From a virus (taxonomy: Duplodnaviria > Caudoviricetes): a stretch of DNA of 64,000 nt. This document shows, piece by piece, positions 42,621-52,876 of the stretch (position 1 is its first letter; every line of letters begins with the position of its first letter). The DNA is taken from IMG/VR virus record IMGVR_UViG_3300022752_000014; one strand, 5' to 3'. A model generated the notes under the pieces. That model saw only the letters and a program-made list of their open reading frames with translations. It had not been told where the DNA came from and did not search any database. The position numbers and the translations under genes are program-made.

Positions 42621-45218
42621 ATGGCAGCTCCTGTTTTACAGTTTAAGAGAGGTCTAGCCACTAATGTTGGTTTAGCATCCTTTAAAGCAGGTGAACCCGG
42701 TTTTACAACCGATAAATATGATTTTTATATTGGTTTAGACGCAACTGCCACAAACCAAAAGTTTTTTGGTAGTGCTCGTTATTGGAAAAGAGAAGATGCA
42801 ACCAATGCGGCACAAGTTAAATTAGTTGATAAAGATGGAACTAATTTTATTGGAATTGCTGCCTCCAATACTCTTTCAGGTATAGCAACATATCGTCTTC
42901 CAAATACTACAAACGGGACTACTGGCGACTTTTTAAAACTTAAATCAGCATCAGGTGGTTATTATGACTTAGAGTGGGCATCTGTTCCCTCTGGAAGTTT
43001 TACAATTAATGGAGACACTGGAACTGATAATTTTACAACAGGCGAAACACTAACATTTGCTGGTACTGCGAAAGAAATTGAAACCGCAGTCACTAATAAT
43101 CAGGTTCAAATTGGTCTTCCAAATGACGTAGATATTGCAAATAATTTTAAAGTTACTGGTCTCTCAACTTTTATAGGTGCAGTTACAGGCACCATATCAA
43201 CCGCAACTAGAGCAACAACAGTTGATGTAACAACTGCTCCTAATGGTGTTTATTATCCTGCATTACTGAACAATTATGCAACTGCAAATGGATATACTGT
43301 TTATTCGGATGCTGGAATTTATTATATTGCACAAACGGATACTCTTTATATTAATGGAAACTTAAGTGTCGGTGGTACTACTGGTACTTTAAACGTTGGT
43401 ACTCTGACTGTTAAAGATAAAGATATTGTTCTTGGATTTACGACTGACGCAAATAATAATGATGTTTCTACTGACTCTACAGCATCTCACGGTGGTATTG
43501 CCATAGCATCAACCACAGGATCACCACTCTTCAATATGCCTCTGGTGGGAGGAGGCATTAATAGCAATCCATTCACATATAAGCAATTTATGTGGATTGC
43601 TCAGGGTACAACTGGTTTCTCTGGAATGGGAACCGATTCCTGGGTGTCAAACTATCCTATTGCAATTGGCACTGCAACTGTACAAAATAACAGTAGATTT
43701 ACAGTTGGAGCAGGTTATACATTCTATGATACTTATCTTGATGCAACAGCAAACGATCTTCGTGTAAGAAATATTAATGCCGGTATTATTACTGCAACAA
43801 CATTCAGCGGCACATTTAGTGGTAATTCAACATCAGCAGATCAGGTCAAAACTGTCACCGCAGCAAATAATGCAGCAAACTATTATGTAACCTTTGTTGA
43901 TAGTCATAATGGTTCGGCAACAGCAGAAACCGTTTATACTGATGACGGCATTTATTACAACCCAGGCACTAATACTTTTACTACACAGTACGGTTACTTC
44001 ACAGGCAACGTAACTGTTGATGGCACAATCACTGGTACTGCAACCACTGCAACTCGCGCAACACTTATTGATACAACTGCAACTTCATCAAATGCAGACT
44101 ACTATGTCACTTTTGTTGATACACTTGCAGGACAAACTGGTGAAACACTAAGAGTTGGTGCTGGTCTATCAATCAACCCATCTACAGGTAATGTAGGCGT
44201 CAGCAGCATCCTCAGCGTTGGTAGTGTTAGTGCGGTTAATGCTTATATTAAAGCAGGTGGTGGTTCAAATGCACTGTACCTCTACAGCAATGGTGATGTT
44301 TCGTTCCAAGCAAAAGCAGTTGTAAATGAAATTAGAAGCGCAAGTGATTCTAATACACTAATTACATTATCAGGTCTAAATGCTACTTTTGCAAATCACG
44401 TTAAAGTCACTGGCATCACAACCACTGGTACTTTAGTTCTTAACGGAACTCCTGGTGTTGCAATTACTGCAATTTCTTCAAGCACTACACTTGCAGAAAA
44501 CAGCAACGCATATCTACCAACACAAGCAGCAGTTAAGGCTTATGTTGATGCAGTTGATGTAACAACTGGAATTGCTGGTGATACTGGCACTGGTACAGTC
44601 AATACATCACAGACCCTGACAATTGCTGGTACTGCAGGAGAGATTGAAACTTCTGCTTCATCACAAACAATCACTGTTGGATTACCTAATGACGTAATTG
44701 TTGGAACTTCTCTAAGTGCTCCAACAGTTAAAACTGCAACTCTGCAGCACAGAAATGGTACGCAGGCTGCAACGATTGATACTTCAGGAAACATCACTGC
44801 ATCCCAGAACCTGACCGTCACTGGAAACCTATACGTTAATGGTTCTACAACTCAAGTCAATACCACTTCAGTTACTGTAGAAGATAGAACTCTTGAACTT
44901 GGTTTAGTTGATGGATCTGCTCCTGGTTCAACAACTACCTGGGACCTAGGTGTTCTGTTTAATTACTATGACGGAAGTGCAAAGAAATCAGCACTTGTAT
45001 GGGAACAAGGTGATGCAAGATTTAAGTTAGGTTCTGTTATTTCCGCAGGTGCTGATGGAACTGGAACCAGTGACCCACAAATCACCTTCTCAACATATGC
45101 ACCTCTTGAAATTGGTGGTCTATGGGTCAATGACTGTGCAGGACAATCACAAGTCATTAACTGCACAGGTTCTACAAGAACTCTAGAGAACATCACCATT
45201 GACGCCGGAACTTTCTAA
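42621..45218 (+). CDS. Tail fibre protein (865 aa)
   Basis: LQFKRG...GEPGFTTD N-terminal anchor, VKDKDIVLG and VEDRTLELG repeats, ends IDAGTF. Confidence 0.8.
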   Translation: MAAPVLQFKRGLATNVGLASFKAGEPGFTTDKYDFYIGLDATATNQKFFGSARYWKREDATNAAQVKLVDKDGTNFIGIAASNTLSGIATYRLPNTTNGTTGDFLKLKSASGGYYDLEWASVPSGSFTINGDTGTDNFTTGETLTFAGTAKEIETAVTNNQVQIGLPNDVDIANNFKVTGLSTFIGAVTGTISTATRATTVDVTTAPNGVYYPALLNNYATANGYTVYSDAGIYYIAQTDTLYINGNLSVGGTTGTLNVGTLTVKDKDIVLGFTTDANNNDVSTDSTASHGGIAIASTTGSPLFNMPLVGGGINSNPFTYKQFMWIAQGTTGFSGMGTDSWVSNYPIAIGTATVQNNSRFTVGAGYTFYDTYLDATANDLRVRNINAGIITATTFSGTFSGNSTSADQVKTVTAANNAANYYVTFVDSHNGSATAETVYTDDGIYYNPGTNTFTTQYGYFTGNVTVDGTITGTATTATRATLIDTTATSSNADYYVTFVDTLAGQTGETLRVGAGLSINPSTGNVGVSSILSVGSVSAVNAYIKAGGGSNALYLYSNGDVSFQAKAVVNEIRSASDSNTLITLSGLNATFANHVKVTGITTTGTLVLNGTPGVAITAISSSTTLAENSNAYLPTQAAVKAYVDAVDVTTGIAGDTGTGTVNTSQTLTIAGTAGEIETSASSQTITVGLPNDVIVGTSLSAPTVKTATLQHRNGTQAATIDTSGNITASQNLTVTGNLYVNGSTTQVNTTSVTVEDRTLELGLVDGSAPGSTTTWDLGVLFNYYDGSAKKSALVWEQGDARFKLGSVISAGADGTGTSDPQITFSTYAPLEIGGLWVNDCAGQSQVINCTGSTRTLENITIDAGTF

Positions 45219-45239
45219 GGTTAATACCATAATCTAAAT

Positions 45240-45268
45240 AGAGGGAGTTCATATCTCCCTCTTTTTTT
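45240..45268 (+). terminator. Intrinsic terminator
   Basis: AGAGGGAG-TTCATAT-CTCCCTCT followed by a T-run. Confidence 0.8.
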
Positions 45269-45436
45269 ATGACTGAAGATGACCTAAAAGCAGTTCTTGC
45301 AAAGTATCAACAAAAAGCATTTGAACTGTTCAATCAAAATATTGTATTAGAAACTCAAGTAGAGCAATTGAATAAGACGATTGCAGACTTGCAAAAGAAA
45401 ACAAAAAGAAATACAAAGGAAGAAGACTTTCAATAA
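45269..45436 (+). CDS. Hypothetical coiled-coil protein, 55 aa
   Basis: Manually read MTEDDLKAVLAKYQQKAFELFNQNIVLETQVEQL... Confidence 0.6.
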   Translation: MTEDDLKAVLAKYQQKAFELFNQNIVLETQVEQLNKTIADLQKKTKRNTKEEDFQ

Positions 45437-45491
45437 ATAATAAAAACTCTTATATAAGAGTTTCTATGGTTTCTACCACACATAGAGTTGA

Positions 45492-48400
45492 ATGGCAAAT
45501 CCAATAATTAAAATCAAACGGTCGGCTGTTGCCGGTAAAATTCCAACAACGACAAGTTTGGAACTTGGGGAATTAGCCATCAATACCTATGACGGTAAAG
45601 TTTATATTGAACAAGATCAGGGTGCTGTTGGTGTAGGAACCACAATTATCATCATCAACCCCTGGTCTGTTGGTTTAGGAAGCACAGCATATAACACTTA
45701 CTTTACTGCTGGATCTGTTGGTATTGGAACCACAAATCCAACAGAACCCGGTTTATCAGTTCTTGGTAAAGTACAAATATATCAAGACAGCAGTTCTAAT
45801 AATAGAATAATTTTTAGAGGGCAACCAGGTTCCTCTTATCGTTGGAATATTGATAATTATAGTTCCTCTAATCAGTTTAGAATTTTTAGGGAAGATGATG
45901 CAACTTCTGCAAATGGTTCTGTTGCAGTAAGTATCAGTACCACTGGCACTGTAACTGCTACAAAATTTTCTGGTGATGGTTCTTTACTCACAGGTATTAC
46001 TGCCTCTGGTAGTGGTGTTGTAGTTCAAAATCAAGGGTCTAATGTTGGTACTGCTGGTACATTAAACTTCAGTACAAATTTAAATGCAACATTTGCTTCT
46101 GGCACTGCAACCATATCTCTTTCTAATAATCCTTCAATCAGTGGTATACTTACAGCAGACCAAGTTTATACCTCAAATAATGGCAATGGAACAAACATAA
46201 GAATTGGTGATGATGCTTGGTTAGGTGATATTAACGTAGCAAATACAACTCGTCTCTCCGGTGCTCAAGATGGCACTAAAGGATTTATAGTTTTTGGTAA
46301 TTCGGATGCTGTTGCTTTAGGTAGAACTGGAACTGGACCATTATATTATGGTGGAAATTTCGAGGTTGCTGGAGTTATAACTGCATCAAGTTTTAATGGC
46401 AATGCTTCAAGTGCGACTTATGCATCAACAGCAGGCGTGGCAACCTATGCCACTAATGCTGGTGTAGCAACAGCACTTCAAAACGTAAGAACTTTTGAAA
46501 TTACTGGAGACGTTGTTGCCTCTGCAATTAGTTTTGATGGAACTGGAAATGTATCTTTAGCAGCAACCATTCAACCAAATAGTGTTGGACTTGGAACAGA
46601 TACAACTGGTGATTATGTAACCAATATCACAGGAACATCAAACCAAATTACAGTTACGAGTGGAACTGGAGAAGGTTCAACACCAACTTTAAGTATTCCA
46701 AATCAATTCACTGCTCCTCAAGATGTAGAAATTACTAGAGATCTACAGGTTAATCGTAACTTAAATGTAAATGGTAATATTACGATTGGTGGTACATCTG
46801 CCACAATTTTTTCATCAACACTAAACATCTATGATCCAGATATTGTTCTTGGTTATAGAACAGATGCCTTTGGTAATGATGTTTCCACCGATAATACAGC
46901 CAATCATGGTGGTATTGCAATTGCTTCAACCGAAGGTAATCCATTAGTTCAATTATTCATTGCTGGTATTGAAACAAACCCTGCCACATATAAAAAAATT
47001 ATGTGGTTTAAGGCAGGAGAATTTGCTGGACTTGGAACTGATGCTTGGTTAAGTAACTATGCTGTTGGTATTGGATCAACTCAATTTCCAATAGGAACAA
47101 GACTTGCCGCTGGTTCGGTTCAATTTACTCAAAATGATTTAGCAGTCGTAAGAAATGTCAACTCATCTGGCGTCTCCACGCTAGGAACAGTTCAAATATC
47201 ATCTGGCATTATCACTGCCACAAGTGGTGTTGTAACTTATTATGGTGATGGTTCTAAACTCTCTAATATTATCAGTGGAGTATCTATTTCCACTGATACT
47301 ACCAACCAAGCACAACTTATACCATATGTAGTATCAACTGGATCTACAACTGGATTTGGTGTTAGTGCATCAGGACTTGTATTTAATCCCTCAACTGATA
47401 ATCTTGGCATAAACACTTCAACTCCAACACAAACTCTACACGTTCAAGGTAATGCAAGAATTACTGGTGGAATTTATGATTCTAACAATAATGTAGGAAC
47501 TGCTGGATCTGTTCTTTCTTCTACTGGTACTGGATTATCTTGGATTCCTGCTGCTGCTGGCGGTGGGGGTGCAGGAACTACATTCTTTGGTGCTAAGTTT
47601 GATACTAATATTGATAGTACTCTTTATATTCAACCAACAGGAACTTTAGATATTGTAGGTGTTGGTACAACAACGACACAAATTACAACATTCCCTTCTG
47701 GATCTAGTGAATATATTATCCATTCCATTCACGTCACAAATATATCTAATGGTGATGCTGAAGTTACAGGTGGATTCTTAATAAACTCAAGAGCAGTTCC
47801 CGCATCAATTTCAGTCAGCATCGGTCAAAGTGGAAGAGCAGGTTTTAATACAGTCACAGTGGGTAGTGCGAGTAGTATTGTTCCAGGTATGGCTGTAATT
47901 GGTACTGGTAATATTGGTGAAACGACTGGTATTGGATCCACAGCAGGATTCCAGTTCAATACTTATGTGACTAGTGTAGATGGAACTGTAGTGTCATTCA
48001 GTAAACCTCTAAGTGGTCGTATTGTCGGTGTTGCAACATTCATACCAACTTCTAAATTTGCATCCAGACTTCCAATTCCTGTTGGATCTGCAGTTGAACT
48101 TTTAAAACAACCGATGATTCTTAATGCATTAGACAGTATTGTACTACAATCTACTGGTGCAGGTACTGGTGTTGGTTCAACATCAACCGCAGCAATTTCA
48201 CAAACATCAGGTTCTAATCTACTAACAGTAACTGCAGGTGCTGCGATTACAAACTTTATTGCAGCAGGTCAATTAATTCAGGGAACAGGTTCTAATACTG
48301 GTATTCAAACCAATACTTTTGTTGGTGTTGGTTATACTCCTGGACAATTAACAGTTCCTATGACAAGACCAGCAACATCCACATTAGCATCACAAATTCT

Positions 48401-48863
48401 TTCATTCACAGAAGTTGTGACTCCACAAGATGGTGCCTTGCAAGCAACAATCGTATATCAAACAACAGCAGATACTTCATTCCAAGGTGGTACTGGTACT
48501 GTTGTTGGTATTGTAACTCTGGCATCACAAGCAACATCACCAACTTTAGGTATTACATCTACTGTTCCATTATGCTATTATGGAACTGGAAATACCTATC
48601 CATCAGTCATTCAATCCATTCGAGTTACAAATATTTCTGATGGTAGCATCTATCCTGGTGGCGATTATCCCGTATCCGTAGGTATTGGTAATAGTGATAC
48701 AATATTCTCTTGGTTGGCATATAATATGGTAATTCCAAAGAACTCTTCAATTGAACTTTGTGAAGCACCGAAGAGATTAGGTATCGGTCAATCAATTTTT
48801 GCAGTTGCAAGCACTCCATACACAATTGAAATACAAATCGCAGGAAGACAAAAGTTAGTATAA
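45492..48863 (+). CDS. Tail fibre protein (1123 aa)
   Basis: IKIKRSAVAGKIP...L.LGELAINTYDGKVY anchor, fibre repeats, and two C-terminal SI.VTNI...IP..S.VEL domains. Confidence 0.8.
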   Translation: MANPIIKIKRSAVAGKIPTTTSLELGELAINTYDGKVYIEQDQGAVGVGTTIIIINPWSVGLGSTAYNTYFTAGSVGIGTTNPTEPGLSVLGKVQIYQDSSSNNRIIFRGQPGSSYRWNIDNYSSSNQFRIFREDDATSANGSVAVSISTTGTVTATKFSGDGSLLTGITASGSGVVVQNQGSNVGTAGTLNFSTNLNATFASGTATISLSNNPSISGILTADQVYTSNNGNGTNIRIGDDAWLGDINVANTTRLSGAQDGTKGFIVFGNSDAVALGRTGTGPLYYGGNFEVAGVITASSFNGNASSATYASTAGVATYATNAGVATALQNVRTFEITGDVVASAISFDGTGNVSLAATIQPNSVGLGTDTTGDYVTNITGTSNQITVTSGTGEGSTPTLSIPNQFTAPQDVEITRDLQVNRNLNVNGNITIGGTSATIFSSTLNIYDPDIVLGYRTDAFGNDVSTDNTANHGGIAIASTEGNPLVQLFIAGIETNPATYKKIMWFKAGEFAGLGTDAWLSNYAVGIGSTQFPIGTRLAAGSVQFTQNDLAVVRNVNSSGVSTLGTVQISSGIITATSGVVTYYGDGSKLSNIISGVSISTDTTNQAQLIPYVVSTGSTTGFGVSASGLVFNPSTDNLGINTSTPTQTLHVQGNARITGGIYDSNNNVGTAGSVLSSTGTGLSWIPAAAGGGGAGTTFFGAKFDTNIDSTLYIQPTGTLDIVGVGTTTTQITTFPSGSSEYIIHSIHVTNISNGDAEVTGGFLINSRAVPASISVSIGQSGRAGFNTVTVGSASSIVPGMAVIGTGNIGETTGIGSTAGFQFNTYVTSVDGTVVSFSKPLSGRIVGVATFIPTSKFASRLPIPVGSAVELLKQPMILNALDSIVLQSTGAGTGVGSTSTAAISQTSGSNLLTVTAGAAITNFIAAGQLIQGTGSNTGIQTNTFVGVGYTPGQLTVPMTRPATSTLASQILSFTEVVTPQDGALQATIVYQTTADTSFQGGTGTVVGIVTLASQATSPTLGITSTVPLCYYGTGNTYPSVIQSIRVTNISDGSIYPGGDYPVSVGIGNSDTIFSWLAYNMVIPKNSSIELCEAPKRLGIGQSIFAVASTPYTIEIQIAGRQKLV

Positions 48864-48866
48864 TTT

Positions 48867-49520
48867 ATGAGTATTCTTATATCATTACCTTGTTATGGTG
48901 GATTGGTCAATGAAAAAACCACCACATCACTTTTTAATCTTGGTAAACTTTTAGTTCGTAATAACATAGACCACGGTATCATGACCGTTGCAAATGAGTC
49001 ACTGATTACTCACGGACGGTCAAGAATTGCAAACTTCTTTATGAATAATACTGAGTTTGAGTATCTGTTTTGTTTGGATGCTGATGTTGCTTTTCAACCA
49101 GAAGATATGTTGAAGTTATATTCATATCAAAAACCAATTGTGTCTGCATCCTATCCTATGAAGACACTCCCAATTCGACATTGTTATGAACTTTATAATC
49201 CAGTAAAGTTATGTGGAAATCTTGTGAAGATTGGTGGAATTGGTATGGGATTTGTATTAATTCATCGAAGTGTGTTTGAGAAACTAAATAAGCATTATAG
49301 TGAATTAAAATATTTTCCAGGATTGAATAATTCAAACTATCCAATTACTGAAAAAGAATATCATAATTCATATCACTACTTTGCCGAAATGAATAAGGAA
49401 GGAAAATATTTGGGAGAAGATATGAGTTTCTTTCATCGTGTGAGTGATATTGGTTATGATGTTTGGATGGATACAAGTATAGAATTACAGCACATCGGTT
49501 CTCACGTATTCGGTAAGTAA
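48867..49520 (+). CDS. GT-A (family 2-like) glycosyltransferase
   Basis: LPCYGG, SLI..GRS.I, YLFCLDAD (DxD), GMGFVLIHRSVFE, GEDMSF, W.D..I.L.HIG. Confidence 0.75.
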   Translation: MSILISLPCYGGLVNEKTTTSLFNLGKLLVRNNIDHGIMTVANESLITHGRSRIANFFMNNTEFEYLFCLDADVAFQPEDMLKLYSYQKPIVSASYPMKTLPIRHCYELYNPVKLCGNLVKIGGIGMGFVLIHRSVFEKLNKHYSELKYFPGLNNSNYPITEKEYHNSYHYFAEMNKEGKYLGEDMSFFHRVSDIGYDVWMDTSIELQHIGSHVFGK

Positions 49521-49521
49521 A

Positions 49522-51417
49522 ATGGCAATTGGAGTATTTGGTCTACAAGTTGCTTATAAACTGAAGAGACTTGAGGTAATGAGTACTGCCAATACTCACG
49601 GTTGGTTTGGTGGAGGATTTTTAAATCCAGGAGGATTGACATCAGTAGATCGTGTAGATTTCTCTAATGATTCAATAACGGCATCACTAAGAGGTCCATT
49701 AGTAGCAGGAAGATATAGATTATCAGCAACAGGAAACTCTAACTATGGTTGGTTTGGCGGTGGAGGAACAACGAACCCATATACTACAACTTCAACAATA
49801 CAACGTATAGATTTTTCAAATGATTCATCAACTGCATCACCAAGAGGTCCAATAGGTAGTTCATTCAAAAAAGCACTTGCAGCAACAGGAAACTCTAACT
49901 ATGGATGGTTTGGTGGAGGTGATGTTAGTGGATCAACAGTGGACCGCATAGATTTTTCAAATGATTCCGGAACAACATCATTGAGAGGTCCATTAAATTT
50001 TCCTTCAGGAAATACTGCATTAGCAGCAACAGGAAATTCTAATTATGGTTGGTTTGGTGGTGGTTTTAGTGTTGGAGCTTGGGTATCAGCAGTAAATCGT
50101 ATAGATTTTTCAAATGATTTACCAATAGCATCAGTTAGAAGTCCAATATTTGCATCAAGATACTTATCAGCAACAGGAAACTCTAACTATGGTTGGTTTG
50201 CTGTTGGCCAAGTTCCTGGACCAGCATTTACTTCAAGAGTAGACCGCATAGATTTCTCTAATGATTCTGCTCAGTCATCAACAAGAGGTCCCTTAACTTC
50301 TGCAACTGGCTATTACTCGGCAACAGCAAACTCTAATTATGGTTGGTTTGGTGGTGGGCCCGCAACAATAGACCGTATAAATTTTGCAAATGATTCTGTA
50401 ACATCATCATTAAGAGGTCGATTAACAGTAGGTAGAACTTCTGGAGCAGCAACATCAGGACAAGCAAAAGGACCATCAATCAAACTAGGAAAAACTCTTG
50501 GATATGGTTGGATTGGTGGAAATGGATATTATGTTCCTCCATTTACTAAATCAACGTTTTCAACAGTTGACCGCATAGATTTCTCTAATGATTCATCAAC
50601 AGCATCACCAAGAGGTCTATTAAGTTCAGCAAAAGAGAGCCTAGCAGCAGCAGGAAACTCTAACTATGGTTGGTTTGGTGGTGGTGCTCCTGGACCATTA
50701 TCAACAGTAGACCGTATAGATTTCTCTAATGATTCTGCAACAGCATCAGTTAGAGGACCATTAAGTTTAACAAGATCTAATGAAGCAGCAACAGGAAACT
50801 CTAACTATGGTTGGTTTGGTGCAGGTGTTTCCCCTTCACAAACAGTAGACCGTATAGATTTTTCAAATGATTCAGCAACAGCATCACCAAGAGGAAATCT
50901 AATAATTGCTACAAATCAACTTGGAGCAACAGGAAATGCCAGTTACGGTTGGTTTGGTGGCGGGCAAGCACCTGGACCTCCTTATATTGGATACAGTTAT
51001 GTTCAACGTATAGATTTCTCTAATGATTTGCCAACAGCATCACCAAGAGGTTTATTAAGTGCATCTGGATATATGCTGGCAGCAACGGGGAATTCTAATT
51101 ATGGATGGTTTGGTTCTCGTTCTCGTGATGGTGGAGCTACTGCAATAACAACAATAGACCGTATCAATTTTTCGAATGATTCTGTAACAGCATCACCAAG
51201 AGGTCTTCTGAATATTGGAAGAAGAAGTGCTTCTGCAACAGGGAACTCTAACTATGGTTGGTGGTTTGGTGGTATTTTAAATCCAGGACAACTTTCCGCA
51301 TACTCTTCAGTGGAGCGTATAGATTTTTCAAATGATTCGGCAACAGCATCAACAAGAGGTAACTTAACCGCAATTAGAAACAATTCAGCAGCAACCTCCA
51401 ACACACCAATAGGATAA
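49522..51417 (+). CDS. Kelch-like double beta-propeller protein 1 (12 repeats)
   Basis: 12 copies of ATGNSNYGWFGGG-x(n)-STVDRIDFSNDS.TAS.RG.L, arranged 6 + linker + 6; ends AATSNTPIG. Confidence 0.8.
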   Translation: MAIGVFGLQVAYKLKRLEVMSTANTHGWFGGGFLNPGGLTSVDRVDFSNDSITASLRGPLVAGRYRLSATGNSNYGWFGGGGTTNPYTTTSTIQRIDFSNDSSTASPRGPIGSSFKKALAATGNSNYGWFGGGDVSGSTVDRIDFSNDSGTTSLRGPLNFPSGNTALAATGNSNYGWFGGGFSVGAWVSAVNRIDFSNDLPIASVRSPIFASRYLSATGNSNYGWFAVGQVPGPAFTSRVDRIDFSNDSAQSSTRGPLTSATGYYSATANSNYGWFGGGPATIDRINFANDSVTSSLRGRLTVGRTSGAATSGQAKGPSIKLGKTLGYGWIGGNGYYVPPFTKSTFSTVDRIDFSNDSSTASPRGLLSSAKESLAAAGNSNYGWFGGGAPGPLSTVDRIDFSNDSATASVRGPLSLTRSNEAATGNSNYGWFGAGVSPSQTVDRIDFSNDSATASPRGNLIIATNQLGATGNASYGWFGGGQAPGPPYIGYSYVQRIDFSNDLPTASPRGLLSASGYMLAATGNSNYGWFGSRSRDGGATAITTIDRINFSNDSVTASPRGLLNIGRRSASATGNSNYGWWFGGILNPGQLSAYSSVERIDFSNDSATASTRGNLTAIRNNSAATSNTPIG

Positions 51418-51420
51418 ATA
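51414..51420 (+). promoter_or_regulatory. Late promoter overlapping propeller-1 stop codon
   Basis: ATAAATA contains the TAA stop; same arrangement at 58726-58732. Confidence 0.55.
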
Positions 51421-51441
51421 TCTCAAACTACATCATTTCTT

Positions 51442-52053
51442 ATGAGGCAAAACATTATTATTGTTGATAATTTTTATGAGAATCCATATGAAGTTCGTCA
51501 GTATGCACTAAATCTGGAGTATCCACAACCACAAGACGGTTATACATATCCAGGTAGAAACTCAAAAGGAACTTTTTATAATCAAGAGATTCACGATAAG
51601 TTTGAACTTCTTTTAGGAAGACGTTTGATTCCAGCACAAGAAGGAAATCACGGCGACTTTAGATTATCATTAGAAACAGATACATTTCAACAAGACATTC
51701 ATATTGATCCAATCTGGGACTGGGGTTGCGTTCTTTATATGAATCTACCACATCAGTGTATTGATGAGGCAGGAACATCTTTCTGGAAACATAAAAAACT
51801 GGGATGGGAAAGATGCCCCGAACAGCACGAAGCAGGTTGGTTTGGTTATACTTCTTATGAAGAAATTAGAGAGGGTATTGTTTATGGCGATGGACTTGAT
51901 CGTTCCAAGTGGGAGCGATACTGTTTGGCAAATATGCGATATAATAGAGCAGTCATCTTTGATCCAAAACTCTGGCACTCACACGGAGCAAACTTTGGAG
52001 ATTGTTTAGAAAACGGTAGATTAGTTCAATTGTTCTTTTTTAGTAATGCATAA
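51442..52053 (+). CDS. 2OG-Fe(II) oxygenase-like protein
   Basis: IIVDNFY..P..VR.YAL, YPG.NS, IHID (HxD), VLYMN, GTSFW, YNR.VIFD..LWHS, RLVQLFFF. Confidence 0.75.
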   Translation: MRQNIIIVDNFYENPYEVRQYALNLEYPQPQDGYTYPGRNSKGTFYNQEIHDKFELLLGRRLIPAQEGNHGDFRLSLETDTFQQDIHIDPIWDWGCVLYMNLPHQCIDEAGTSFWKHKKLGWERCPEQHEAGWFGYTSYEEIREGIVYGDGLDRSKWERYCLANMRYNRAVIFDPKLWHSHGANFGDCLENGRLVQLFFFSNA

Positions 52054-52876
52054 GACTTATTTTTTTGAAAGTGGATTACCTCGTTCTGGTTCTACATTAC
52101 TTTCTGCAATTCTAAATCAAAATCCAGACCTTCACTGTGGTGCTATATCTCCTGTGTTGGAGATTATGTATTATACAGAGCAATACTTTGAGGGGTCGGA
52201 GCAGGCACTTGCATATCCAAAACCAGCACAGCATCATAAGATTATTTCAAGTGTGATTGATAATTATTATAGTGATAGAGAAGAAAAATATATTGTAGAT
52301 AAATGCCGTGCTTGGCCAAATAATGTTGACAGAATACAAGAATACATCACAAAGACACCAAAGATTTTGTGTCCCGTAAGAGATGTATTAGAGATTCTTG
52401 CATCTTTTATTCAAATGATTCATCGCAATTCAAATCAATTATCATTTGTTGATAAAGCATTAAGAGATTATGGATATGAGGTGAATGATGATAATCGTTG
52501 TGATTACCTTATGTGCCCTGAAGGGATTGTAGACCAGTCCTTATATGCCTTCGGAGAGGGATTTAGAAAGGGTTGTGAAAAGTATATGCATATGATTGAG
52601 TATAATGACTTGGTGAATCGTCCAGAAGAAACGATGCATAAAGTTTATCAGTTTCTTGAGATTCCCGAATATCAACACGACTTTGGGAATGTAAGTCATA
52701 AATACAGGGAGAGAGATAATGAAGTTTACGGATTGAGTGATATGCACGAAGTTCGTAAGCAAGTCAAAAGAACTTCTAAAAGACCCGAAGAAGTTTTGAG
52801 TGATTATGTATTGAATAAGTATTCTGGTATGGAATTTTGGAGAAAGGCAAAACAACCAATCAGTTTGTTTATCTAA
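52046..52876 (+). CDS. PAPS-dependent sulfotransferase
   Basis: GLPRSGSTLL..ILNQNP (5'-PSB loop), DKCRAW, VRD..EI.ASF, IEY.DLV..PE..M.K.Y.FL. Confidence 0.88.
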   Translation: MHKTYFFESGLPRSGSTLLSAILNQNPDLHCGAISPVLEIMYYTEQYFEGSEQALAYPKPAQHHKIISSVIDNYYSDREEKYIVDKCRAWPNNVDRIQEYITKTPKILCPVRDVLEILASFIQMIHRNSNQLSFVDKALRDYGYEVNDDNRCDYLMCPEGIVDQSLYAFGEGFRKGCEKYMHMIEYNDLVNRPEETMHKVYQFLEIPEYQHDFGNVSHKYRERDNEVYGLSDMHEVRKQVKRTSKRPEEVLSDYVLNKYSGMEFWRKAKQPISLFI

